Source: an uncultured delta proteobacterium (GTDB lineage: Bacteria > Myxococcota_A > Polyangia > Polyangiales > Polyangiaceae). Taken from it: a stretch of 64,000 nucleotides of DNA. Below, piece by piece: positions 45,803 to 55,024 of this stretch (positions are counted from its first letter, which is position 1; every line of letters starts with the position of its first letter). The notes under the pieces are model-generated. The model made no database searches, was not told the DNA's origin, and saw only the letters and a list, made by a program, of their open reading frames with translations. Location of the stretch: contig CAWDXG010000004.1 in the NCBI GenBank assembly GCA_963806225.1, positions 4,608,001 to 4,672,000 on the forward strand, in the 5' to 3' direction. The translations under genes were made by a program, and so were the position numbers.

Positions 45803-46639
45803 GTGACGCGTTCGGCTCCCATCACGCTGTGCGGCTCGCTGTCGCTCCATCCCGTGTCGCTCGGTGCGAGCATGCACATGGCCGGCTACGCCGCACTCGG
45901 TCTTCCCTTTACCTACGTGCCCTTCGCCGTAGCCAGCGCCGACCTGCCCGGCGCGCTCGCCGGCATGCGCGCGCTCGGCATCCGGGGCTACGGCGTCTCC
46001 ATGCCGTTCAAGCTCGAAGTGATGCCGCTGCTCGATCGGATCGACGAGCTGGCGGCGCGTATCGGCGCCGTGAACACCATCGTCAACGACGACGGCGTGC
46101 TCGCCGGTCACAACACCGACGCCTGGGGTGCCGCGCGCGCGCTCGAGGAAGCCCTGCCGCTCGCCGGCCGTCGCGCTGTCTTGATTGGGGCCGGCGGCGC
46201 GGCGCGCGCGGTGGCGTTCTCGTTCTGTTCGGAGGGGATGCGCGTCCGCGTCGTCAACCGCACGCGCGACAAGGCCGAGCGGCTCGCTGCGGAGCTCGCT
46301 TCCGCCTTCGGGAGCGACGTGGCCAGCGCCGGCGGGCTCGACGCGCTGGGTGACCTCGACGGCTTCGACGCGCTGGTGAACTGCTCCTCCGCGGGCATGG
46401 ACGGCTACGGACCGAGCCCCGTACCTGCGGCTGCCCTCCGGCCTGATCTCGTGGTCATGGACATCGTCTACAAGCCGATCCGCACGCCGTTGCTCGAGCA
46501 GGCAGCCGCCCGCGGCGCGAAGACCGTCCACGGCGGCCGCATGCTGCTCTACCAGGCCTGCCGCCAGTTCGAGCTGTACACCGGGCGCGAAGCGCCGCTC
46601 GAGGCCATGGACAGCGCACTGCGTCGTGCGATCGGCTGA
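45803..46639 (+). CDS. aroE: Shikimate dehydrogenase family protein
   Basis: 'VSMPFK', 'IGAVNT', 'GHNTD', 'GAGGAARA', 'DIVYKP', 'MLLYQA'. Confidence 0.9.
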   Translation: MTRSAPITLCGSLSLHPVSLGASMHMAGYAALGLPFTYVPFAVASADLPGALAGMRALGIRGYGVSMPFKLEVMPLLDRIDELAARIGAVNTIVNDDGVLAGHNTDAWGAARALEEALPLAGRRAVLIGAGGAARAVAFSFCSEGMRVRVVNRTRDKAERLAAELASAFGSDVASAGGLDALGDLDGFDALVNCSSAGMDGYGPSPVPAAALRPDLVVMDIVYKPIRTPLLEQAAARGAKTVHGGRMLLYQACRQFELYTGREAPLEAMDSALRRAIG

Positions 46640-46789
46640 GAGCCCGATCGCTCCATCCGTGCCAACTCTGCAAACTTTTCAGAGGGCGTGCCAGGGTCTG
46701 ACACGGCTGCCAGGCCTTGCGCTGCCCCCCGTCGGGACGGGGTCGGGAAACCGCCAGAGTCCGCGGTCTTCAGCGTCCGGTTGTCAAAG

Positions 46790-46805
46790 TGGCACGAAGG
46801 CTGCT
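46790..46805 (+). promoter_or_regulatory. sigma54-type (-24/-12) promoter
   Basis: TGGCACGAAGGCTGCT against consensus TGGCACGNNNNTTGCW, with exact GG-N10-GC spacing. Confidence 0.7.
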
Positions 46806-46815
46806 TTTGGTCGGG

Positions 46816-47055
46816 CATCTTCTGCCGCCGTGGCAAACGACCCGGCGACTTTGCTTGAGCCTTCGGGCTCCCTTCGTTGAGCTTCGAGTGCCCCCTACCC
46901 GGGCACTGAAAAAACAGGAGCTTGGCTTAACCTTCTTAACTTCCTCTTCTTTTCCTTGGCCCTCTGACTGTACGGCCGCGCTTTCGAGCTTGCCTGGGCT
47001 TTCGAGCCAAAACTGTTCCGACCCGGCGGTCCCCCCCGCCGGGTCTTCTTGCTTT
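46816..47055 (+). ncRNA. Candidate structured small RNA (Pxr-like)
   Basis: No plausible ORF. Several hairpins with UUCG or C-rich loops lie downstream of the sigma54 site, ending in GACCCGGCGG-TCCCCC-CCGCCGGGTC-TTCTTGCTTT. Confidence 0.6.
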
Positions 47056-47106
47056 GTGGGGCCGAAGCCTCCGGTTTGGGACCCCTTCTTGGCTTTTCCG
47101 ACTGAT

Positions 47107-47712
47107 TCAACGCCCGGGCGCTTGGGTGGATTCCGGTTGGGCCCGGATCCCGCCCCCTGATCGTGGGTCGTTGCCTGCCGGCCAGCCGAAGAGATGGTCG
47201 GCGGTGGCCTCGGCGTGGCATCGCTCGCACAGCGCCATATCGCTCTGGGCGCGGATGTGCCCGTCGGGGGCGAGCACCAGGTACTGCCAGCCTGCCGACT
47301 GCTTGTGCATCACGTACACCGGGCCGGGGGCATGCCCCTCGGCCTGCTCGTGGAACATGGCGACGATGCTGCCCACGGGCAGCGCCGCGCCGCGCGTCAG
47401 CGATAGGTAGGCTTTCCGCGCCTCGGGCGAGACGCGCACGGTCCCCAGATAGCGGCCTCCGCCGTGGTCCCTTGCCGGTCGTGGAGCCCCGAGGGCGGGC
47501 CAGCTCTTGACCTTCTCGAACGCTGGCCAGAGCGGCGCCGGTCTGGCGGTCGGGGTCGCGGGCGGACCAGTGCCGCCGCCCTGCGCGGCACTCGAAGCGC
47601 CCGGGTAGTAGTCTGCTGCGGGTCCGGCACCGCACGCCGTGAGCAGCGCCGCCGCCAGAACGGCTCGGGGATAGGCTGCGCGATGCAGGCCCGCATGGTA
47701 CCACGAGGGCAT
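47107..47712 (-). CDS. Cytochrome P460-like c-type cytochrome lipoprotein
   Basis: Lipobox LLTAC, 'LPVGSIVA', 'VYVMHK...GWQY', C-terminal CERCH and 'DHLF'. Confidence 0.7.
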   Translation of the reverse strand: MPSWYHAGLHRAAYPRAVLAAALLTACGAGPAADYYPGASSAAQGGGTGPPATPTARPAPLWPAFEKVKSWPALGAPRPARDHGGGRYLGTVRVSPEARKAYLSLTRGAALPVGSIVAMFHEQAEGHAPGPVYVMHKQSAGWQYLVLAPDGHIRAQSDMALCERCHAEATADHLFGWPAGNDPRSGGGIRAQPESTQAPGR

Positions 47713-48633
47713 ATGGGTCGCTCCGGCGCGCACGCCCTCCTGCCCGCCGCCTTCGCCGCTCTGGTCGTGGCGTGCTCCTCGGCTCCTCCGGCGCCGCCGC
47801 CGCGGCTCGGGCCGCCCGAGCCGCTGCCGCCGCCGCGCGTGGTGGAGAGCCCTGGCCCGATCACCCCGACCTCGGGTGGCCTCGCGTCCGACGACGAACC
47901 GGCGCACGGCCGGGCGTGGCTGGGCGTCGAGCTCGCCGCGACGGGTCAGGGCGAGCCGGGCGTGAGAGTGCGGAACGTCGTGCGTGGCTCGCCGGCGGCT
48001 CGCGCCGGATTGCAGCAGGGCGACGTGCTGCTCCGGATCGGCGGCCAGGCGGTCGGATCGCCGGGGCAGGTGGTGCGCACAGTCCGTGCCCACAGCGCGG
48101 GCGAGCGGATCGCGGTCGCCTTCCGCCGCTCGCTGGGCGATCGGCTCGTCGCCGTCACGCTCGCGCCGCTGCCCGACGACGACACCATCATGCGCATGAG
48201 CTATGTCGGCGCGCCCGCGCCGCCGCTCACGGGGCTGAAGAGCGTGCAGGGCAGCCTCACGCCGCGGCTGGGCGCGCTGCGCGGCAAGGTCGTCGTGCTC
48301 GAGTTCTGGGCGCCCTGGTGCATGGTCTGCCGCGTGATGGCGCCCACGATGAACGACTGGGCCCAGCGCTATGGCGCGCAGGGCGTGGCCGTGATGGGCG
48401 TCACGATGACGCCGGTGCAGCAGGCGGCAACGGCCGCCTCGCAGATCGGCATGAGCTACCCCATCGCTTCGGACGAGAGCGGAGCGGTGACCCAGGCGTA
48501 CGGCGCCACGGCGCTGCCGACGCTGTTCGTGATCGACCGCCGCGGCATCGTGCGCGACGTGCTGGTCGGATATTCCTCGCCGCGCCTGCACGAGCTTGAA
48601 GCCGAGGTCGACCGGCTGGTGGCGGAGAGATAG
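47713..48633 (+). CDS. PDZ plus TlpA/redoxin thioredoxin-fold lipoprotein
   Basis: 'AWLGVEL...GSPAARAGLQQGDVL' and 'VVLEFWAPWCMVC', 'LPTLFVIDRRG'. Confidence 0.88.
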   Translation: MGRSGAHALLPAAFAALVVACSSAPPAPPPRLGPPEPLPPPRVVESPGPITPTSGGLASDDEPAHGRAWLGVELAATGQGEPGVRVRNVVRGSPAARAGLQQGDVLLRIGGQAVGSPGQVVRTVRAHSAGERIAVAFRRSLGDRLVAVTLAPLPDDDTIMRMSYVGAPAPPLTGLKSVQGSLTPRLGALRGKVVVLEFWAPWCMVCRVMAPTMNDWAQRYGAQGVAVMGVTMTPVQQAATAASQIGMSYPIASDESGAVTQAYGATALPTLFVIDRRGIVRDVLVGYSSPRLHELEAEVDRLVAER

Positions 48634-48689
48634 TCCGGCGCACTGCGCTGCCGTCGTGAGGCGTCGTGGGATTGGTTTGTGTCCCGCCC

Positions 48690-48830
48690 GCCCACCCCCG
48701 CCGGAGTCCTCCCGGGGGGCTTCGCCCCCCGAGCCCCCCTCACGCGATTCGCTTCGCTCATCGCGGGCTTGCTGGCGCTGCGCCGCTTCGCGCTCGCTTT
48801 GCTCGCGGCTCCGCCCTCGCATTCGCTCGA
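48690..48830. repeat. REP-like palindromic intergenic element
   Basis: GGGGGGCTTCGCCCCCGAGCCCCC followed by recurring GCTTCGC/GCTCGC units. Confidence 0.5.
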
Positions 48831-48854
48831 AATCCGGACTAACCGTGCGTCCTG

Positions 48855-50382
48855 ATGAAGGACGACCAGCTGGACCAGGCCATCGAGCGCGCCCAGAAGG
48901 GTGGCGCCCACAAGTACCACGAGAAGAACGCCGCGCAGGGCAAGCTCTTCGCCCGCGAGCGCATCGAGCTCTTGCTCGACGTGGGCTCGTTCCAGGAAGA
49001 CGCGCTGCTCGCCAACACGAACGCGCGCGATCTGCCCGCCGACGGCGTGGTGACCGGCATCGGCCGCGTCGGCGGCCGTGTCGTCGCCGTCATGGCCAAC
49101 GATTCCACGGTGAAGGCCGGCTCGTGGGGCAAGCGCACCGTCGAGAAGATCCTGCGCATCCAGGAAACCGCGATGCGCCTCGAGTGTCCGCTCTTCTATC
49201 TGGTCGACTCGGCCGGTGCGCGCATCACCGACCAGGTCGAGATGTTCCCGGGTCGCCGCGGAGCGGGCCGTATCTTCTACAACCAGGTGCAGCTCAGCGG
49301 CCGCGTGCCGCAGATCTGTCTGCTCTTCGGTCCCTCGGCGGCCGGCGGCGCGTACATCCCCGCCTTCTGCGACATCGTCGTGATGGTCGACAAGAACGCC
49401 AGCATGTACCTCGGCTCGCCGCGCATGGCCGAGATGGTCATCGGCGAGAAGGTCACGCTCGAGGAGATGGGCGGCGCCAAGATGCACACGTCCGTCTCCG
49501 GTTGCGGCGACGTGCTCGTCAAGACCGAGCAGGAGGCGATCGAGTTCGCCAAGTCGTACTTCGCCTACATGCCGCAGAACTTCCGCGGCGAGACGCCGCT
49601 GGTCGAAGCGCGCGCGCCGAAGCACGGAAAGCCCATCAGCGAAGTCATCGTGCGCGACGAGAACAAGCCGTTCGACATGAAGCAGGTGATCGACGCCATC
49701 ATCGACGAGGGCAGCTTCGTCGAGATCAAGAAGCGCTTCGCCAAGGAAATGATCACCGGCTTCGCGCGCATCGACGGGCGCGCCGTCGGCATCGTCGCCA
49801 ACCAGCCGCAGCTACCTCGGCGGCGTTCTGTTCGTCGACAGCGCGGACAAGGCCGCCCGCTTCATCTGGCTGTGCGACGCCTTCAACATTCCGCTGCTCT
49901 ATCTGGCCGACGTGCCCGGCTTCATGATCGGCACCAAGGTGGAGCGCCAGGGCATCATCCGCGCCGGCGCCAAGATGATCGCTGCCGTGAGTGAAGCCAC
50001 CGTGCCGAAGATCAGCGTTGTCGTGCGAAAAGCCTACGGCGCGGGCCTGTACGCCATGTGCGGCCCCGCCTTCGAGCCCGACGCTTGCCTCGCGCTGCCC
50101 ACGGCGTCCATCGCCGTGATGGGCCCGCAAGCCGCGGTCAACGCCGTCTACTTCAACAAGATCCAGGCCGTCCCCGAAGGCGAGGAGCGCGACGCCTTCG
50201 TCGCCAAGCTCCGCGAGGAATACAAGGAGGACGTCGATCTCTCCAAGCTCGCGAGCGAGCTCGTCATCGACGACGTCGTCCCGTTCGAGCGCCTGCGCAC
50301 CGATCTGTCGCGCCGCTTCGCCGACTACGCCGTCAAGAACGAGCCGCGGCCGCCGAAGAAACACCTGGTCCCGCCGGTGTAG
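48855..50382 (+). CDS. Acyl-CoA carboxylase carboxyltransferase (beta) subunit; apparent frameshift near 49810
   Basis: 'ADGVVTG', 'DSAGARI', 'AAGGAY', 'IVANQP', then in the other frame 'YLGGVLFVDSADKAARF...DVPGFMIG...KAYGAG'. Confidence 0.92.
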
Positions 50383-50416
50383 GCGCGAGCCGAGCCGGAG
50401 ATGCTACCCTCCGCTC

Positions 50417-52870
50417 GTGCGACGCCTTCTCCTGCTGTCCGTGGCCGCCGCTCTGCTCGTCGCGGCTGGGACGGCGCGCGCGCAGGTGGACGTGCGGTCC
50501 ATGGCGCGGGCGTTCGCGTCCGGCGCGGTCCCGCCGGCGTTCCGCGCGGCGGGGAGCCAGCGCGTTCCGGTCGTCGTGAGGAGCGCTGCGCCGCTTTCCG
50601 GCCCTGGTCTCGTCCACGTCTCACCGGGCTTTTCCGTGATGAGTGCGCCGCTCTCCGAGCTCGACGCGTTCGCCGAAGCGCACCCCGGCGCGCGCGTGAG
50701 CTGGGCGCCGCCGCGGCACGTGCTTCTCGACAGGGTCGACGGCTGGGTTCACGGAAGTGCGTTCCGCAAGCAGACGGGCGATTCCGGACAGGGCGTCGTG
50801 GTGGGGATCGTCGACACGGGCGTCGAGGTCGAGCATCCGGATCTGCGCAACGCCGACGGCACCACCCGCATCGCCTGGCTGCTGGACTTCTCGCGCGGTC
50901 CAGCCGGCCTGCACCCCGCGCTCGAGCAGCAGTACGGCTGCACCCAGGACCCGGGCTGCGCCATCTTCGATGCAGCCGATCTGGACAAGCGGCTGGGCGA
51001 CAACATCACGGGTGACCTGCCGACCGACTCGTACGGCCACGGCACGCATGTGGCGTCGCTCGCGGCAGGCAACGGGCTGTCGGCCAACCCGCCACGCTAC
51101 GTCGGCGTCGCCCCGGAGGCCACGCTCGTCGTCGCGCGCGTCACGCGCGCCGGCGGCGGCGACATCTACGACTCCGATATCCTGGTCGCCACGAGCTTCG
51201 TGTTCGACCGCGCCGCCGAGCTCGGCATGCCCGCCGTCGAGAACCTGAGCCTCGGCAGCGACTTCGGTCCGCACGATGGCAGCTCCGCGCTGGAACAGGG
51301 TCTGGCCTCGTTCGTTGGCGAGGGCAATCCGGGGCGCGCCATCGTGGTGGCGGCGGGCAACAGCGCCGGCATCTATCTCGGCGTCAGCAAGGACTATCCC
51401 GAGCCTTTCGGCGTGCACACCGAGGTGCACGTGCCGCGGCGCTCCAGCGTGCGGGTGCCCCTGCTCACGCCGCCCACGCGGGACGGCACCACCAAGGGCA
51501 GCGTCTACGTCTGGATCGCCACGCGCCCCGGCGACCAGCTCAAGGTCGGGCTCGACGACCAGGACGGGCGCTGGTTCGATCCGCTCGGACCGGGGGAGTC
51601 GGGCAGCCTCCAGAAGAGCGGCCTGACCGTCAACATCTTCGACGGCGTTACGGGCAAGGACAGTCCGCTCGGATCCAACCCGGACGGCGCCGTCGTGGTG
51701 CTCGACGGCAAGTGGCAGTCGGGTCGCGTCTTCGCGCTTCGGCTCGAGGGGCATGGCACCGCCGAGGTCTGGGCGCAGAGCTCGGGCGACATCTCGCCCG
51801 AGCTCGGCAGCATCGGCGCGCTATTCCCGCGCGCCACCAAGGAAGGCACCATCAACGTGCCCGGCTCGAGCCCCGCGCTGATCGCGGTCGGCGCGACGTT
51901 GAACCGCTTGAGCTGGCCCGACCGTTCCGGCCACATCGTGAAGGTCTCGTCGCTCGGCTCGGTCGACAATCCGGAGCCGGACTCGATGGCGTACTTCAGC
52001 TCGGCCGGGCCGACCGAAAACGGCTGGATGAAGCCCGACATCGTCGCGCCGGGCGTGTTCGTCATCGGCGCGATGAGTGATCTGGCCGACCCGTCGAAGA
52101 GCGGTGGTTCGGGCCTGTTCGCCGGTCAGGGCATCTGCCACACCGATGCCGATTGCCTGGTCGTGGACAACTACCACGCCATCAGCAGCGGCACGTCCAT
52201 GTCCGCTCCGATCGTGAGCGGCGCGGTCGCGCTGCTCTTCCAGCAGGATCCGACGCTGACCCAGGACCAGGTCCGGGCGCTGTTGCAGGCCGGGGCGCGA
52301 CCTCTCGAGGGCGCCGTGCCGTACGAGCAGCAGCAGGGGCCCGGCGCGCTCGATCTGGAGGGCGCGTTGGCCGCGCGCATCGCGGACAATTCGCCGATCC
52401 ATGTCGAGCCGACCGCCACCGGCAGTTGGCTCGACATGGCCTCCTCGTACCTGCATCCGGATCCGGCCTGGTCGATCAGCGGTGTGATCGAGCTGCGCGA
52501 CAACTCGGGCGCGATCGCCGACGGCTTCCCGGCCTCGCACCTCACGATCGCGGCGCGCGGCGCGCTGGTGACGGACAAGCTGGCGCGCGTGGCGCCCGGG
52601 CTCTGGCGCTTTGCGCTGAGCGCGCCAGCGGGCAGCGGCGGCAACACCGCCCAGCTCACTGTCCGTTACCACGACCGCGTGATCGCCCAGCGCACGCTGC
52701 AGATCGCGGTGGATCGCTGGGTGGCGCAGGGTGGAGTCGAAGCGCGCGGCGGCTGCTCGCTCTCCCCCTCGCCTGGACGCAGCGACGCCTGGGTCACGGT
52801 GCTGGTGTTCGGTCTGGTCGGCGTGCTGCGCCGCCGCCGGGCAAGTCGGCTTGCCGTGGCCAGTCGGTAG
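50417..52870 (+). CDS. S8 subtilisin-like serine peptidase with MYXO-CTERM tail
   Basis: Catalytic triad motifs 'IVDTG', 'HGTHVAS', 'SGTSMSAP'; tail 'GGCS...LVGVLRRRR'. Confidence 0.92.
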   Translation: MRRLLLLSVAAALLVAAGTARAQVDVRSMARAFASGAVPPAFRAAGSQRVPVVVRSAAPLSGPGLVHVSPGFSVMSAPLSELDAFAEAHPGARVSWAPPRHVLLDRVDGWVHGSAFRKQTGDSGQGVVVGIVDTGVEVEHPDLRNADGTTRIAWLLDFSRGPAGLHPALEQQYGCTQDPGCAIFDAADLDKRLGDNITGDLPTDSYGHGTHVASLAAGNGLSANPPRYVGVAPEATLVVARVTRAGGGDIYDSDILVATSFVFDRAAELGMPAVENLSLGSDFGPHDGSSALEQGLASFVGEGNPGRAIVVAAGNSAGIYLGVSKDYPEPFGVHTEVHVPRRSSVRVPLLTPPTRDGTTKGSVYVWIATRPGDQLKVGLDDQDGRWFDPLGPGESGSLQKSGLTVNIFDGVTGKDSPLGSNPDGAVVVLDGKWQSGRVFALRLEGHGTAEVWAQSSGDISPELGSIGALFPRATKEGTINVPGSSPALIAVGATLNRLSWPDRSGHIVKVSSLGSVDNPEPDSMAYFSSAGPTENGWMKPDIVAPGVFVIGAMSDLADPSKSGGSGLFAGQGICHTDADCLVVDNYHAISSGTSMSAPIVSGAVALLFQQDPTLTQDQVRALLQAGARPLEGAVPYEQQQGPGALDLEGALAARIADNSPIHVEPTATGSWLDMASSYLHPDPAWSISGVIELRDNSGAIADGFPASHLTIAARGALVTDKLARVAPGLWRFALSAPAGSGGNTAQLTVRYHDRVIAQRTLQIAVDRWVAQGGVEARGGCSLSPSPGRSDAWVTVLVFGLVGVLRRRRASRLAVASR

Positions 52871-52892
52871 CCTTCCCGGATAGGGTTGTCGC

Positions 52893-53420
52893 ATGCAGAC
52901 GATCCGCATTCTCTGGGCGGCTCTGATGGCCTCGGTCGTGATGTTGGGTGTGGTGTCCTTCGTGGTGTCCGGGCAGGGTCATTCGCCCCAGTTCGCGATG
53001 CTGATTGGATTGGGCGTCAGTGCGGTGGCCGAGGCCGTCATGAGCTTCGTGTTGCCAGCGAACGGCCTCAAGACCGGGTTCCGGACCTTCAGCGCCGAAA
53101 CGGTCGAGCGCTCCGCGCCGGGCGACGAGTCGGCGATGTTCGGCGGCCAGGCGACCACGCAGAAAGTGTTCAAGCACCCCGGAAAGGCCTTCAAGGCGGG
53201 GCTGATCCGCTACCAGACCGCGTTCATCCTGAGCCTCGCTCTGAGCGAAGCGGTGGCCATCAACGGCGTCATCCTCGCCCAGCTCGGTTTCGATCCGGTC
53301 GAGTTCCTGCCGTTCGTTGCCGTGGGCTTCCTGCTGATGGCCATCCGCTACCCCACCGAGGAGCGGATCATGGCCGTGATCGAGAAGGGAACCGGCGTCC
53401 GATTCCCGAAGCGAGGTTAG
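52893..53420 (+). CDS. Hypothetical 4-TM membrane protein
   Basis: Four hydrophobic segments. Confidence 0.7.
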   Translation: MQTIRILWAALMASVVMLGVVSFVVSGQGHSPQFAMLIGLGVSAVAEAVMSFVLPANGLKTGFRTFSAETVERSAPGDESAMFGGQATTQKVFKHPGKAFKAGLIRYQTAFILSLALSEAVAINGVILAQLGFDPVEFLPFVAVGFLLMAIRYPTEERIMAVIEKGTGVRFPKRG

Positions 53421-53636
53421 GCGGCAACCGTAGCAAAATGTCACGTTATTGTGGCATTTCGCTACGGTTCTAGCGCTCCTGACCCGGCGGAATCAGGGCG
53501 ATGATTGCCGTCAGCAGAACGGCGATCGACGCCCCTGGTTCGCCACGACGGCGGCTGGCCGTGCTACGGAGCCGCCGCAAATGCATCGCCGCCGTGCTCC
53601 CTCTTGTTCCGGCAGGCGTGCAAAGGAGTCCCCATC

Positions 53637-54959
53637 GTGTCCAGCAGCAGAGCATCGGGCAGGAAGAAGTCGTCCAATCACACGCGGGCGCTGATCCGTG
53701 GGCCCGCCTCGGCCTTCGACAACGCGCTGGTGCAGTTCAACCGCGCCGCCGAGATCATCAAGCTCAGTCCGGACCAGCTTGCGATGATCCGCGAGCCGCG
53801 GCGGATCGTGGAGGTGAAGCTGCCGGTGCGCATGGACGACGGCAGCATCCAGAGCTTCCGCGGCTACCGCGTGCAGCACAACATCGCGCGCGGTCCGGGC
53901 AAGGGCGGCGTGCGTTTCCATCCGAACGTCTCGCTCGACGAGGTGAAGGCGCTGGCGTTCTGGATGACGTTCAAGTGCGCCACCATCGGCATTCCGATGG
54001 GCGGCGCGAAGGGCGGCATCATCGTCGACCCCACGAAGCTCAGCGAAGGCGAGCTGGAACGCCTCAGCCGCCGCTACTTTGCCGAGATGATCGAGATGTT
54101 CGGCCCCGACCGCGACGTACCCGCGCCGGACGTGAACACGAACCCGAAGATCATGGCGTGGTTCATGGACACGTATTCCATGCACCACGGTGGCGACTAC
54201 CTACCGGGCGTGGTGACCGGCAAGCCGCTCGAGCTTGGCGGCTCGCTGGGCCGTTCGTCCGCCACGGCGCAGGGCATGGTGTTCTGCGTGCGGCGCGCGG
54301 CGACGTATCTCAAGCTCGAGCTGGGCGGCGCGACGGTCGCGATCCAGGGTTTCGGCAATGCCGGGTCCTACGCCGCCAAGCTGCTGGCGGAGCAGGGCTG
54401 CCGTATCGTCGCCATTTCGGATGTGGACGGCGCCTACGTGAACAAGAACGGTATCCACCCCGAGACGGCCATGGAGCACGTGGCGCGCCACAAGACGCTC
54501 AAGGGCTTCGACAAGCGACGCGGCGTGGAAAAGCTCGCCGACCCGATGAAGCTGCTGGAGATGCCGGTGGACATCCTGATCCCAGCCGCCCTGGAAAACC
54601 AGATCACCAAGAAGAACGCCTCGCGCATCAAGGCGAAGATCATTGCCGAGTGCGCCAACGGCCCCTGCACGCCCGAGGCGGACGACATCCTCGAGAAGAA
54701 GAACGTCTTCATCATCCCCGACATCCTGTGCAATGCCGGGGGCGTCGCGGTCTCGTACCTGGAGTGGGTGCAGAACCGGATGGGCTACTACTGGCGGGCG
54801 CAGCGCGTGATCGAGGATCTCGAACAGATGATGAACACCGCCTTCGATCACGTGCTCGCAACGAGCTTCGATCAGAAGGTCCCGATGCGTACGGCGGCGT
54901 TCATCGTCTCGATCGAACGCGTCGTGAAAGCCTCGGAGCTCCGCGGCCTCTACGCATAG
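53637..54959 (+). CDS. gdhA: Glu/Leu/Phe/Val dehydrogenase (glutamate dehydrogenase)
   Basis: 'GPGKGGVRF', 'GGAKGG', 'DVPAPDVNT', 'QGFGNAG', 'NAGGVAVSYLEW'; RBS AAGGAG before GTG. Confidence 0.93.
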   Translation: MSSSRASGRKKSSNHTRALIRGPASAFDNALVQFNRAAEIIKLSPDQLAMIREPRRIVEVKLPVRMDDGSIQSFRGYRVQHNIARGPGKGGVRFHPNVSLDEVKALAFWMTFKCATIGIPMGGAKGGIIVDPTKLSEGELERLSRRYFAEMIEMFGPDRDVPAPDVNTNPKIMAWFMDTYSMHHGGDYLPGVVTGKPLELGGSLGRSSATAQGMVFCVRRAATYLKLELGGATVAIQGFGNAGSYAAKLLAEQGCRIVAISDVDGAYVNKNGIHPETAMEHVARHKTLKGFDKRRGVEKLADPMKLLEMPVDILIPAALENQITKKNASRIKAKIIAECANGPCTPEADDILEKKNVFIIPDILCNAGGVAVSYLEWVQNRMGYYWRAQRVIEDLEQMMNTAFDHVLATSFDQKVPMRTAAFIVSIERVVKASELRGLYA

Positions 54960-55024
54960 CCGCCGAGCCCCCGCCCCGCGCCGTAGAGCTCGCGAAGCGA
55001 GCCCCCGCTCCCGCCGTAGAACGA

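Noticed and set aside
46649..46665. Second sigma54-like site on the minus strand (TGGCACGGATGGAGC)
   Set aside because: Poor -12 context, and it would fire antisense into aroE; better explained as part of the TGCCA motif array.
46640..47100. tmRNA, RNase P RNA, SRP RNA, 6S RNA or a small ORF as the explanation of the structured intergenic region
   Set aside because: No tRNA-like ends, no GAGGAAAGUCC-type P4 motif, no SRP domain IV motif and no single long hairpin. The AGGAG at 46916 is followed only by TTG-GCT-TAA.
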